DNA from: a virus
Taxonomy: Duplodnaviria > Caudoviricetes
Strand: one strand, 5' to 3'
Virus record (IMG/VR): IMGVR_UViG_3300047160_001275
Span: 1-64,000 of that record
Length of the DNA stretch: 64,000 bases
In this document: in pieces, positions 18,987-27,706 of the stretch
How positions within the stretch are numbered: the first letter of the stretch is position 1
Layout of the letters: each line of letters starts with the position of its first letter
Program-made: the position numbers and the translations under genes
Notes under the pieces: generated by a model
What the model saw: the letters and a program-made list of their open reading frames with translations, nothing else
What the model was told of the DNA's origin: nothing
Databases searched by the model: none

Positions 18987-19313
18987 TCACTGCGCCGCCA
19001 GATCCAAGGCGGCCTGGAACCCCAGCGGCTTGCCGAGCCACTCGGCCACCTTCAGTTGCTGGGCCAGCCTTTCCTTGGCGACCTCCTCGCCTTCCTTCCT
19101 GATCCACAGCGCATAGTCGACCTCGGGCCGCATGAACCCCTCGACCTTCATCTGTTTGCGGTGAACCCGAATCGCCGCCACCGCGCCGTCCTTGGCGTCG
19201 ATCAGCTTCTCAAGCCGCTGGAGGTTGACGACGAACAATCTGGCCTTTGCCTCGTCGTCGAGATCGTTGCTTATCACCGGCCGCAATTCCAACGACGCCT
19301 GCTTTCTGGGCAT
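18987..19313 (-). CDS. GapR/DUF2312-like nucleoid-associated protein
   Basis: LQRLEKLIDAKDGAVAAIRVHRKQMKVEGF...V...L.IRK resembles GapR IERIERLEEEK..I..DIKEV...K..GFD...V...I..RK pattern. Confidence 0.5.
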   Translation of the reverse strand: MPRKQASLELRPVISNDLDDEAKARLFVVNLQRLEKLIDAKDGAVAAIRVHRKQMKVEGFMRPEVDYALWIRKEGEEVAKERLAQQLKVAEWLGKPLGFQAALDLAAQ

Positions 19314-19512
19314 GATCGATCTCTCCTAAGAAGTCGTTGGGCGTCACCTCGCCTGCCGTGAGGGTAAAAATACGCATAGCGATGTCGCGGCGAACCGGCC
19401 ACCAGTCGTCCTGCCGACAGCGCCACACCTGGGTCGTCCTGACCCCCATCTGCCGCGCCACCTCGGCGAGGGTCAGATCGTGCGCCTCCATCCACCGGCC
19501 GAACGCATTCAT
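19210..19512 (-). CDS. Cro-like HTH transcriptional regulator
   Basis: LTLAEVARQMGVRTTQVWR HTH; ...IFTLTAGEVTPNDF typical Cro-like end; lies at a divergent promoter. Confidence 0.75.
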   Translation of the reverse strand: MNAFGRWMEAHDLTLAEVARQMGVRTTQVWRCRQDDWWPVRRDIAMRIFTLTAGEVTPNDFLGEIDHAQKAGVVGIAAGDKQRSRRRGKGQIVRRQPPAA

Positions 19513-19563
19513 GACGGATGACGCTAGCATGACACAAATTTTCACGCCAGCGTGTCTTTTCAC

Positions 19564-19591
19564 TTGCGCGTTAAAAACGAACGTCTATATA
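19564..19591 (+). promoter_or_regulatory. rightward promoter of the recombination operon (divergent from Cro-like gene)
   Basis: TTGCGC-N16-TATATA in AT-rich gap. Confidence 0.5.
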
Positions 19592-19624
19592 TTCGGTCCT
19601 ATTAAGAGTTTCGCCGAGGGCAGG

Positions 19625-19933
19625 ATGAAAGAGATCACGATCGTCGCCTATGAAAGCTGGGACGGCGAGGTGTTCAAAACGCGCGCCGCCTGCGAGGCGC
19701 ACGAGGCCAAAAGCATCCACAAGCGGATCGTCGGCTTGACCGAGGAGCAGTGCATCAACGCGATCAATCGCGACGACTGCGAACTGGCCGAGGTGTTAGA
19801 GAAGGTCGGGCTGATGATCAGGGCGGCTAGGCGGAAGGCTGGCGACCTCAAGCGCCCGCCGCGCGCCCAAAGCCCGCCCAAGCTCGCGTCAGCGACTCCG
19901 GTCAACGGAGCCACCGAGGGGGCGGCGCTATGA
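19625..19933 (+). CDS. hypothetical protein
   Basis: ATG at 19625 after promoter; coupled to recE-like gene. Confidence 0.6.
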   Translation: MKEITIVAYESWDGEVFKTRAACEAHEAKSIHKRIVGLTEEQCINAINRDDCELAEVLEKVGLMIRAARRKAGDLKRPPRAQSPPKLASATPVNGATEGAAL

Positions 19934-20895
19934 ACATCCTGCCATGGAACGGCAAGCCCATAACAAAGCCCGGCTTCTACTCCGGGGTGCCGATGACCAA
20001 GTACCACAGCGGTCGGCTTTGCGTCGGCCCGTCCCTGTCGTCGAGCGGCCTGCGCAAGATCTTCTACCAGTCGGAGGCCCACTTTTTCGATTCCTGGCCG
20101 CTCAACCCCAATTTCGACCGGGACGCCCACAAGCCGAACGAGGGCATGGTGTTGGGCCGCGCCGCTCACCACTTGCTCCTGGGTCAGCCCGCCTTCGCGC
20201 GCGAGTTCGTCATCACCCCGCAGATGGCGGCTGACGCCAAGGGCGTCTTGAAGCCCTGGTCTTACCAACTGACCAGCGCCAAGGAATGGAAGGCGCAGCA
20301 AGAGAAGTCGGGGCTGACCGTGCTCACGGTCGAGCAGGCCGAGGCGGTGATGGCGATGGCCGAACGCTTAGGGCGGGAGCCGCTGATCAGGGCTGGCGTC
20401 CTCAATGGCTACAGCGAGATCACGCTCGCGTGGCAGGATCGGGACAGCGGCGTGTGGCTCCTGGCGCGGCCCGACGTGATCCCGACCGACGATGATTTCT
20501 GCGATCTGAAGACCACCCGAGACGTGGTCAGCTACGGCAACCTCGTGCGCGCGATCGGCGAGCACGGCTACCATTGCCAAGCGGCCCTGACCGGCGAGGG
20601 CTGGCGGGTGCTGGAAGGCAAGCCGATGAAGAGCTTTTCGTTCTACTTCGTCGAGAGCCGCCGTCCGCATTGCGCCAGGATGGTGACGCTCAAGGCCGAG
20701 GATCTCGATCTCGGCTGGCGGCAGTGCCGCTCGGCGCTGAAGCGATTTGTCACAGCGATGAACTCTGGATCATGGCCGGGGCCAGGCGGATTGCAGGAGG
20801 CGGTGCAATACGTGGATCTCTCGGAGGCCCGCCGCCAAGGGATCGAGAGCGAGCTTAGCCAGCAAGGCGAGGCCAAGGAACGGAGGGCGGCGTGA
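19930..20895 (+). CDS. RecE/exonuclease VIII-like PD-(D/E)XK nuclease (DUF3799-like)
   Basis: YH..PSLSSSGL, LGRAAHHLLL, LARPD...CDLKTT, GYHCQAA motifs. Confidence 0.85.
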   Translation: MNILPWNGKPITKPGFYSGVPMTKYHSGRLCVGPSLSSSGLRKIFYQSEAHFFDSWPLNPNFDRDAHKPNEGMVLGRAAHHLLLGQPAFAREFVITPQMAADAKGVLKPWSYQLTSAKEWKAQQEKSGLTVLTVEQAEAVMAMAERLGREPLIRAGVLNGYSEITLAWQDRDSGVWLLARPDVIPTDDDFCDLKTTRDVVSYGNLVRAIGEHGYHCQAALTGEGWRVLEGKPMKSFSFYFVESRRPHCARMVTLKAEDLDLGWRQCRSALKRFVTAMNSGSWPGPGGLQEAVQYVDLSEARRQGIESELSQQGEAKERRAA

Positions 20896-21153
20896 GCCAG
20901 CGCGATCCAACCACATGGAGCGTCCACCCAGTCGGCTGCGGCGACGATAAGTCATGGCTATTCGAAATTGAGGACGACATCGGCGTGACGCTCGACGTCT
21001 GCCCATGCTGCGGCGACAGGGCTGACCAGACCGATGGCCGACGCCATCGTGCGCAAGCTCAACGGCGGGGCGCTAAGCTGGATCGCTCTTTTGGATGAGA
21101 GAGAGAAATGGCGGTGACGGATGCGAGGCCAAAGAGCGGAGGGCGGCGTGAGC
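20867..21153 (+). repeat. 31-bp direct repeats (20867-20897, 21123-21153) flanking a small frameshifted ORF
   Basis: GCGAGGCCAA[G/A]GA[A/G]CGGAGGGCGGCGTGAGC, 29/31 identical. Confidence 0.8.
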
Positions 21154-21226
21154 GATTACAACAAGCCAGACTACTTGGTATGCGAGGATTTCATCCCCTC
21201 CGCGCGCAAGGAAAAGGACAAGGACA

Positions 21227-22333
21227 ATGGCTGAGCAGGGTGACCAGCGAGGCGAGGATCTGCGCGCCGAGAGAATCGAGAGCCGCGTCAACGAGGAGCG
21301 GGCCAAGTCGATATCGGTCTCCCTCGGCGGCGGACTGGACATCGCCGATATGGCGCAAGTCTTTGAATACGCTAAGGGCATGTCCCTCAGCGGGCCGATG
21401 GTTCCAGCATTTTGCCGGAACAGGCCGTGGGTCTGCTTTGGGATTTGCGTCCAAGCGATCGAGTGGGGGATCAGCGCCTTTTCGCTGGCGCGCGGAGCCT
21501 ATGAGGTCAAGGACAACCGGTCGGGCGAAACAACGGTCGCGTACACGTCCCAAGTCCTGCACGCGGTGTTAGAGAAACGAGCCCCGATCAAGGAGAGGCT
21601 CGACGTCCGCTACGAGGGCGAGGGCGACGATCTCGTCTGCATCGTCACCGGCGCCTTCAAGGGCGAGGAGAAGGCCCGTGAATGGAGGTCGCCGAAGCTG
21701 GGCGAGCGGCGGCCGGAAAAGATCAAGAAGCGCAGCCGCTATAACGATGGCGAGGAATATGAGGTCATCCCCGGCAGCCCGCTCTGGTATTCCAAGCCGA
21801 TGGTGCAATTGTTTTATGACACCAGCCGGGACTGGGGAAGAGTGTTCTGCCCCGATGTCATCATGGGCGTCTATGACCGCGACGAGATGCAGGAGCACGG
21901 GTTCGAGCCGACTGCTGGCTCGACTGGGACGCCGCCAGACGACGGCGGTCTCGGCGAACGGCTGAGCGCGCGGGCGATCTCGCAGATGGGGTTCGCCCCG
22001 GCGCACGTCGTCGCCAACGCGGTTGACGAAGCCAAAGCCAAGGCCGATATGTCACAAACAGCGAGCCATCAGGTAGCTTCCCCAAGTCCTGATGCCGTTA
22101 GCGGCGAGGTTGAGACTCCTTCTCCCTCGCCGCGCCTTTCTCCAGATTCAGACGCGCCGCCACCCGAAGCCGCAACGACAGGCGGCGGCGCTACCGACGA
22201 GTCTATCCCCATGGAGTCGTCGGGGCCGCCGGTCGACAGTGGCTCGCCCGCCGCGAGTCGACCGGCGGATGCTTCAACACGTCCCAGCCATAGGGTAAGA
22301 AGAGGCCGTGAGGAAGGGGCTAGGCTGGTGTAA
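21227..22333 (+). CDS. RecT-like ssDNA annealing protein with disordered C-terminal tail
   Basis: A..MS...PM VP.F.RN.P..C..I..QA..WG...F.LA...Y.V, AYTSQ..HAV, QLFY...RDW.R.FCPDV.MGVY..DE pattern; follows recE-like gene. Confidence 0.7.
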   Translation: MAEQGDQRGEDLRAERIESRVNEERAKSISVSLGGGLDIADMAQVFEYAKGMSLSGPMVPAFCRNRPWVCFGICVQAIEWGISAFSLARGAYEVKDNRSGETTVAYTSQVLHAVLEKRAPIKERLDVRYEGEGDDLVCIVTGAFKGEEKAREWRSPKLGERRPEKIKKRSRYNDGEEYEVIPGSPLWYSKPMVQLFYDTSRDWGRVFCPDVIMGVYDRDEMQEHGFEPTAGSTGTPPDDGGLGERLSARAISQMGFAPAHVVANAVDEAKAKADMSQTASHQVASPSPDAVSGEVETPSPSPRLSPDSDAPPPEAATTGGGATDESIPMESSGPPVDSGSPAASRPADASTRPSHRVRRGREEGARLV

Positions 22334-22376
22334 TTGCTAAGGATAGTTGCAACCAATAAGTTGTTCCGTGAACGTT

Positions 22377-22802
22377 ATGGATAAGATCGCCGACAACCGG
22401 CAATGGGTGCTCGACAAGCTCAAGCACGAGCCCGTCATCGCTTGCGGCGGTTGCACCCGATGCTGCTGGAACAAGGCGGTGTTTCTCTATCCCGACGCTG
22501 GCGACAATCCGCTCCTCTACCAAACGGTCGAGGCGTACAACCCATATTGGGGCGGTCCTGGCTTCAGGCTCGACCACAAAGCAGACGGCTCATGCGTCTA
22601 CCTGACAGAAGCCGGATGCGGTATCCATGCCAATAGGCCAGCAGCGTGCCGCGCCTATAGTTGCGTCGAGCAGGTGGAAATGTGGAGCCGAGCCGAGATC
22701 CGGCGGCTGAAGAGGGATAAGAAATGGCGACCGGAGGACGACGAGGGCGAGCGCCGTCTAAAGCTTCAGAGGACGTCGGCGCCACTCCCAGACCAAAGCT
22801 GA
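22377..22802 (+). CDS. YkgJ-family (CxxCxxCC) cysteine-cluster protein
   Basis: CGGCTRCC...CVYL...CGIHANRPAACRAYSC. Confidence 0.8.
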   Translation: MDKIADNRQWVLDKLKHEPVIACGGCTRCCWNKAVFLYPDAGDNPLLYQTVEAYNPYWGGPGFRLDHKADGSCVYLTEAGCGIHANRPAACRAYSCVEQVEMWSRAEIRRLKRDKKWRPEDDEGERRLKLQRTSAPLPDQS

Positions 22803-23173
22803 CCCCGACCCAGCGGCTGGCCTTGTTCGAGGTCCACCGGGGGATCTGCGCCATCTGCAACAACAAGATCGAGGGGTCGTTCATCTGCGAGCACATGCGG
22901 GCGCTGGGTCTCGGCGGCAAAGCCAGAGGCGATAACCTCGTGGTGGCCCACACCCGGTGCGCCGAGCTTAAGACCAAGGCCGACCGCGCCATGATCGACA
23001 AGGCCAAGGCGCAGAAGAAGGCGCGCCACGGGATCAAGCGACACGCCGCCCCGCTCAAGAGCCGCAACGATCTGCCGACGAGCGCCCAAGCCGAGAAGCG
23101 GGCCAAGGACCGCTTGCCGCCGTCGGAAGGGCCGACCAACCTTCAGCGCCGCTATGGGATCATCGAGAAATGA
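22724..23173 (+). CDS. HNH endonuclease
   Basis: R..LF....G.CAIC...EH...LGLGG....NL...H..C...KT. Confidence 0.75.
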   Translation: MATGGRRGRAPSKASEDVGATPRPKLTPTQRLALFEVHRGICAICNNKIEGSFICEHMRALGLGGKARGDNLVVAHTRCAELKTKADRAMIDKAKAQKKARHGIKRHAAPLKSRNDLPTSAQAEKRAKDRLPPSEGPTNLQRRYGIIEK

Positions 23174-23723
23174 CCAACGAGATGCGCGCTTTCATGGAGA
23201 GGCGCGACGCCGCGTTCCGAAACCCCACGCTGGAGACCGCGCGCGGCCTATTGCCTGAGACGATCGTCGTGGGGAGGGTAGACTCGCCGCTCGCCGCGCT
23301 GCACAAGGCGAGATTGCAATGGCTGGAGGCCACCGACGCCATGCTGGTCGAGTCGAAGAAGTGGCTGGAGGATCACGGCTATATGCCGTCATGGAGGGGA
23401 GCGCCGCCGATGACCCCGCTCCAGCGGGATGTCGATCGGATGCGGCTTGGCAAGCCGCCGCTGAGGGGCAAGTGAGAACGGAGTGGGCGTGGTTCCTCTT
23501 GCTGATCGCCTTCTTGCTGACGGTGGTCGCCCTCATGGCTTACGCCGCACCGGCCGAGGCCCATTGCTACAGCGTCTGGAAATACCCTTACCCGCAGCGG
23601 TGCGGGATCTATGCGCGGGCCGACAACGCCCGCGTGTGGTATGTGGAGATCACCAAATTCCCCGCCGACTGGGAAAGAGACGAAGCGGTGGCCAAGCTGA
23701 AGGCTATGCTCAACGGACATTGA
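23170..23723 (+). CDS. two hypothetical genes (23170-23475; 23472-23723 with signal peptide/TM)
   Basis: ATGA/GTGA coupling; end of the plus-strand unit converging on late genes. Confidence 0.55.
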
Positions 23724-23946
23724 CGAGCCTCGCCTCGTCGCAATCCATCGGGACAAAGACGCCGGTAAACCGAGCCCTGACGTAGCAGAGCCGTGGCTGG
23801 TCTTGCTGCTGAAGCGCCCGCCGCAAGAGCAGCACCCCGCCGCCAGGAAGCGTGATCGCCTCGTCGTTGCCCCCGGCGTCAATCACCTGCGGCCGGTCAA
23901 CGTTGCAGCCGCTAAGCAGAGCGGCGAGGACGATTATGGCCCTCAT
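23710..23946 (-). CDS. small lipoprotein
   Basis: MRAIIVLAALLSGC lipobox. Confidence 0.6.
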   Translation of the reverse strand: MRAIIVLAALLSGCNVDRPQVIDAGGNDEAITLPGGGVLLLRRALQQQDQPRLCYVRARFTGVFVPMDCDEARLVNVR

Positions 23947-24316
23947 AGACGTAGCCTCCTCGTCCCGCTTGCAGCCATTTCTGGACGCTGGTGGTGGTGA
24001 CGCTGAGTTCGACCCCGATCGCCTCATGGGTCCAGCCCTGATTGCGAAGCTCGATGATCCTGGCCATAGTGGCTTCGGAATAGCGCGACGCTTTCCTGCT
24101 GCGATGTCGGCGCATCTTCGCCTCTCCTTGCAGCCTCCCCCGCTTGCAGCCGCACGATTGCGTCCATCCCTCCCGCAAGGAGGTCCACCTCGCCACCTTC
24201 CGTCCGCCGCAGTCGCAGCGGGCGACGACGAACATTCCGAGATCTTCCTCGACTGTCAGACGACCGAAGCGGACGCCGATCAGGGACGGATGCTTCCGCC
24301 GCACACCAGCGTGCAT
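23912..24316 (-). CDS. homing-endonuclease-type Zn-ribbon N-domain fused to HTH, no nuclease motif
   Basis: IGVRFGRLTV...CDCG...LREGWTQSCGC then GWTHEAIGVELSVTTTSVQKWL. Confidence 0.6.
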   Translation of the reverse strand: MHAGVRRKHPSLIGVRFGRLTVEEDLGMFVVARCDCGGRKVARWTSLREGWTQSCGCKRGRLQGEAKMRRHRSRKASRYSEATMARIIELRNQGWTHEAIGVELSVTTTSVQKWLQAGRGGYVYEGHNRPRRSA

Positions 24317-24561
24317 GGGCCGCTGCCGGGCGGGTGGCCGGGTCCGATCGCCGACCTCACCATGTCGCAATTTTCGTGGACCGGGATGAACCTTCCCGAA
24401 GTCGTCACGATCAGGCACCCCGTTCCGTGCGCCCAATGACCGGCCGAGAACGTCCTCGGGTCGCGGATCGAGGTGATCTCGTTCGGATTGATGTCGACCC
24501 TGTGGCTGCCGTCAGGGGTCGAGAACTGGGCTAGCACGAGGGCGACGGTGAGCAGGCTCAT
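24280..24561 (-). CDS. small hypothetical protein (possibly exported)
   Basis: Hydrophobic N-terminus, Cys pairs. Confidence 0.5.
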   Translation of the reverse strand: MSLLTVALVLAQFSTPDGSHRVDINPNEITSIRDPRTFSAGHWAHGTGCLIVTTSGRFIPVHENCDMVRSAIGPGHPPGSGPCTLVCGGSIRP

Positions 24562-25465
24562 GGCCGAGGTTCCAGTAATGACGCGCTCCCTCCCGCAGGG
24601 AGGCGAAGCGGAAATCAGGGACGATTTCCATGAGCTTATGGGTGTCGGCTTGGGTGAAGCTTTGATAACGTGGCCGCCACCCGTCAGGGAACGGCGCGAC
24701 CTCCAGCGCCACGCTCTGGCTCGCCTCCTCCATGCAGATCTTGGCGACGTCGACGAAGCTCACCGCGACCCCGGTGCCGACGTTGTAGACACCAGGCGGA
24801 AATGGGCCGCCGGTCAGGAGATCGCACGTCAGGCGAGCCACATCGTCGACATAGACCCAGTCGCGTTTGTAGGCGTCGCTGCCCTTGAGGAGACGGATCG
24901 GGACGCCAAGACGGATGGCGTCGAGGCACTTGCTGACGAAACTCTTCATGTCGCGCTTGTGGGCCTCGCCAGGCCCGTAGACGTTGAAGAGCCTCAAGCC
25001 CGCCCATAGCGGCGGCGCGGGTCTGAGCTTGGCCAGCGCCTGATCGGCGGCGAGCTTGCTGGAGGCATAGGGGCTAAGCTCCGAGAGAGACGCCGGATAA
25101 TCCTCCCGCTGCTCCTCTCGCCGCCCATAGACCGAGGCGCTCGACGCATAGAGGAACGGCCAGCGCCGATCGGCGCACAGGGTGAACAGGTCGATCGTCA
25201 GGTTGGTGTTAGTCTCGAACAGCGCCGCCGCGTCGTTGTCCAGGGTCGAGGTGCGCGCCCCCATGTGGATGACAGCGGTGTCGCGCGGGCAGGCGGACAG
25301 GAAGTTGAAGGCGTCGCGCGGGTCGATCAGCGTGTGCTTGAGGCGCTTACGGTCGATGTTGGCCCAGCGCCGGTCGATGGACGCAATCGGGCCGAGGCCG
25401 CGGCACCGGAGCGCGCGGACGATGGTCGAGCCGATGAAGCCTGCGCCTCCGGTGACGACGTACAA
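24512..25465 (-). CDS. hldD: ADP-L-glycero-D-manno-heptose 6-epimerase (extended SDR)
   Basis: VTGGAGFIGS, H.GA..ST, YASSASVYG, YASSK, FNVYGPGEAHK..MKS, RDWVYVDD, YNVGTG, YQSFTQAD. Confidence 0.88.
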   Translation of the reverse strand: MYVVTGGAGFIGSTIVRALRCRGLGPIASIDRRWANIDRKRLKHTLIDPRDAFNFLSACPRDTAVIHMGARTSTLDNDAAALFETNTNLTIDLFTLCADRRWPFLYASSASVYGRREEQREDYPASLSELSPYASSKLAADQALAKLRPAPPLWAGLRLFNVYGPGEAHKRDMKSFVSKCLDAIRLGVPIRLLKGSDAYKRDWVYVDDVARLTCDLLTGGPFPPGVYNVGTGVAVSFVDVAKICMEEASQSVALEVAPFPDGWRPRYQSFTQADTHKLMEIVPDFRFASLREGARHYWNLGHEPAHRRPRASPVLDP

Positions 25466-25911
25466 GCGATCCTCTCGATAAGCTGGGTGGTGCTGATCCG
25501 GTTGACCAAGGGGACGAACTCGACCCTGTCGACATGCTCAGCCCCAACGATCGTCTTGCCCTTCCAGTCCGCGCCCTTGAACAGGACATCGGGGGCGATC
25601 CCGGCGATCAGAGGATCGAGCATGTCCTCGCTGAACACGATCACCGCATCGACCGGCTTCAGCGCCGCCACCATTCGCGCCCGCTCATTGGCCGAATAGA
25701 TGGGGCGGCCCGGCCCCTTCAGCGCCCTGACCGCCGCATCGTCGCTGATGCCGACGATCAGCCGCCAGCAATGCGCCTTGGCGTGGACGAGCATCCCCAC
25801 ATGGCCGAGGTGGAGGAGGTCAAAGACTCCGTTCGTCCAGCCTATCGTGAGATTACTTTCACGCCATCGAGCCACGCGCCTCGCCAGCGTCGCTTGGGTG
25901 TCGATTCTCAT
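25327..25911 (-). CDS. hldC: D-glycero-beta-D-manno-heptose 1-phosphate adenylyltransferase (HldE/RfaE domain II)
   Basis: TNGVFDLLHLGH (HxGH), LIVGISDD..VR.LKGPGRPI, ER..MVAAL..VD.V..F, KGADW, ISTT. Confidence 0.9.
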   Translation of the reverse strand: MRIDTQATLARRVARWRESNLTIGWTNGVFDLLHLGHVGMLVHAKAHCWRLIVGISDDAAVRALKGPGRPIYSANERARMVAALKPVDAVIVFSEDMLDPLIAGIAPDVLFKGADWKGKTIVGAEHVDRVEFVPLVNRISTTQLIERIACTSSPEAQASSARPSSARSGAAASARLRPSTGAGPTSTVSASSTR

Positions 25912-26114
25912 CGCGCGAACGCGCCATGCAGATCTTCCTCGGCCGCCCGTCTGTAGCTTCTTCCGTCAATCCTTATCAGTCGATAACCCTGATCGTTGAC
26001 CGCCCCAGCGTCATTGCCTGCTGGATTGCGGTTAGAGGCGGTAGCGATCCACGTCCAATTGCCGGTCTCAAGTTCGTACAGAAGCAGTTGCTTCAGACGC
26101 ACCGCCGTCAACAT
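25908..26114 (-). pseudogene. internally deleted HNH-AP2 homing endonuclease relic
   Basis: N-terminus LT..RL..LL.Y..ETG.W.W...AG..AG...GY..I.IDG.SY joined directly to C-terminal AA...LHGAFAR; HNH core and AP2 domain missing. Confidence 0.7.
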
Positions 26115-26126
26115 CCTCGCCCCCTT

Positions 26127-27116
26127 TTAGTGAAGCCGATGGAGAGATTCTTCTCTCTCCACCGCCCGACCTTTTTTGCCAGCGTTGCCTGCGTGTCGAT
26201 CCGCAATGGCTTTGACCTCGTCCAGCGTCACCGCCGCCGTGCCCGCCCTGGAGACGGCGACCGCTCCCGCCGCGTTGGCGAACAGCGCCGCCTCCATCAC
26301 GCTTTGACCAGATCCCAGAAGGACCGCCATCGCAGCCGCAACCGTATCCCCAGCGCCGACAACGTCAACCGCGTCGATCTCCAGCGGCGGGATCGACAGC
26401 GCCCCGTTGCCGTCGGCGAGCATCATGCCGTTCGCGCCGCAGGTCAGGAGAACGTGATCAATCTCGGTCGCCTCGCGCAGCGCCATGGCCGCCGCCGCCG
26501 CCTCGAACTCGTTGCTCGGCGGGGAATGGTGCAAAGCTTCGCCGATCTCCTTGAGGTTGGGCTTGATCAGGGTCGCGCGCTTCCAGCACGGGGCCATCGG
26601 CGTCTTGGTGTCGACCACGGACGGGATCGAGCGTTTGCGCGCCTCCTCGATCACGGCCTTGGCCACCGCCGGGGTGACGCCGCCTTTGGCGTAATCTGAG
26701 ACCACAACCGCGTCCGGTTCGTCCGCCTTGGCGATCTCGGCCAGGATCAGCATCTCGGCGGCCTCGCTGAGGGCCTCGGTCCGCTCGATGTCCATGCGGA
26801 ACACCTGCCCGCCATTGACCAGCATCCGCTGCTTGACCGTGGTGACCCTTCCCTCGCAAGAGACGAGGCATGGCGTGATGCGCTCGGTCATGGCCAGCGT
26901 CTTGTTGAGGCTCGCGCCGCTGTCGTCCTTGCCGATCGCCGCGATCAAGGTCGCGTCTTGACCTAGCGCGGCGACGTTCATCGCCACATTGGCGGCGCCG
27001 CCTGGCATGACCATGCTGGCGAAGGGCATGAAGATCGGCGCAGGCGACTCCTGGCTCTCCCGTATCTTGCCGTGGATGTAGAAGTCGATCATCACGTCGC
27101 CATAGACGAGGATCAC
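26127..27116 (-). CDS. hldA: D-glycero-beta-D-manno-heptose 7-phosphate kinase (HldE/RfaE domain I, PfkB fold)
   Basis: GDVMIDFY, PGGAANVAMNVAALG, T.VKQR, VSDYAKG, LIKPNLKE, DVVGAGDTV, AN.AG..V...GT. Confidence 0.88.
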   Translation of the reverse strand: MILVYGDVMIDFYIHGKIRESQESPAPIFMPFASMVMPGGAANVAMNVAALGQDATLIAAIGKDDSGASLNKTLAMTERITPCLVSCEGRVTTVKQRMLVNGGQVFRMDIERTEALSEAAEMLILAEIAKADEPDAVVVSDYAKGGVTPAVAKAVIEEARKRSIPSVVDTKTPMAPCWKRATLIKPNLKEIGEALHHSPPSNEFEAAAAAMALREATEIDHVLLTCGANGMMLADGNGALSIPPLEIDAVDVVGAGDTVAAAMAVLLGSGQSVMEAALFANAAGAVAVSRAGTAAVTLDEVKAIADRHAGNAGKKGRAVEREESLHRLH

Positions 27117-27706
27117 CGCGCCCTCACGATCACCGCCTGGGTGGTTTGCTGGCGGTTGGCGATCAGGTGGCCGAGGACGGTGAAATGGGTGGCCATGTAG
27201 CCCTCGAACTCATCGAAGCTCCACTCCCTGACGTGGCTCTTGTTGATCGGCGGCCCTAGCCTCAGATCGCGCGGCAAGCCGTAGAGGTCGCGGTCCGGGG
27301 TCGAGATCACCGCCAGTCCGTCCTTGCGCATCAAGGACTTGATGAACGTGATCGTCTCGTTGGCGTCGACCACATGCTCGATCACATCGGCGCAGAGCAC
27401 GAGATCGGCCTTGGCGGTCGCGCCCGCGTCGATCGAGCACCACATCCGGTCGGGGTGCTGGACTCTGAGCCAATCGACGATCTCGGGCGTCTCAAAGCCG
27501 AGCGTGTCGTAGCCGCCGAGCATCGTCACGAGCTTGAAGCCTGAGCCACAGCCGACATCGAACACCGTCCGCCATTGGTTGGCGGCCATCAGCGCCTGGG
27601 CGATCAGGTAGACCTCCCGCTGCCACTCGTCCCGCAGAGCGCGATCGTCCCACGGTTCTGGGTCAGTGCGATGACGGTAATGGTCGGGCAGGCAATACGC
27701 GCCCAA
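27113..27706 (-). CDS. class I SAM-dependent methyltransferase
   Basis: VFDVGCGSG, DLVLCADVIEHV, VISTPDRD, HVREWS. Confidence 0.85.
   Translation of the reverse strand: MGAYCLPDHYRHRTDPEPWDDRALRDEWQREVYLIAQALMAANQWRTVFDVGCGSGFKLVTMLGGYDTLGFETPEIVDWLRVQHPDRMWCSIDAGATAKADLVLCADVIEHVVDANETITFIKSLMRKDGLAVISTPDRDLYGLPRDLRLGPPINKSHVREWSFDEFEGYMATHFTVLGHLIANRQQTTQAVIVRAR

Noticed and set aside
15779-26046. RfaH ops-like GGCGGTAG 8-mers (about 15780 +, 18940 -, 26038 +)
   Set aside because: Several copies are expected by chance at this GC content, and none is in a late-operon leader on the right strand
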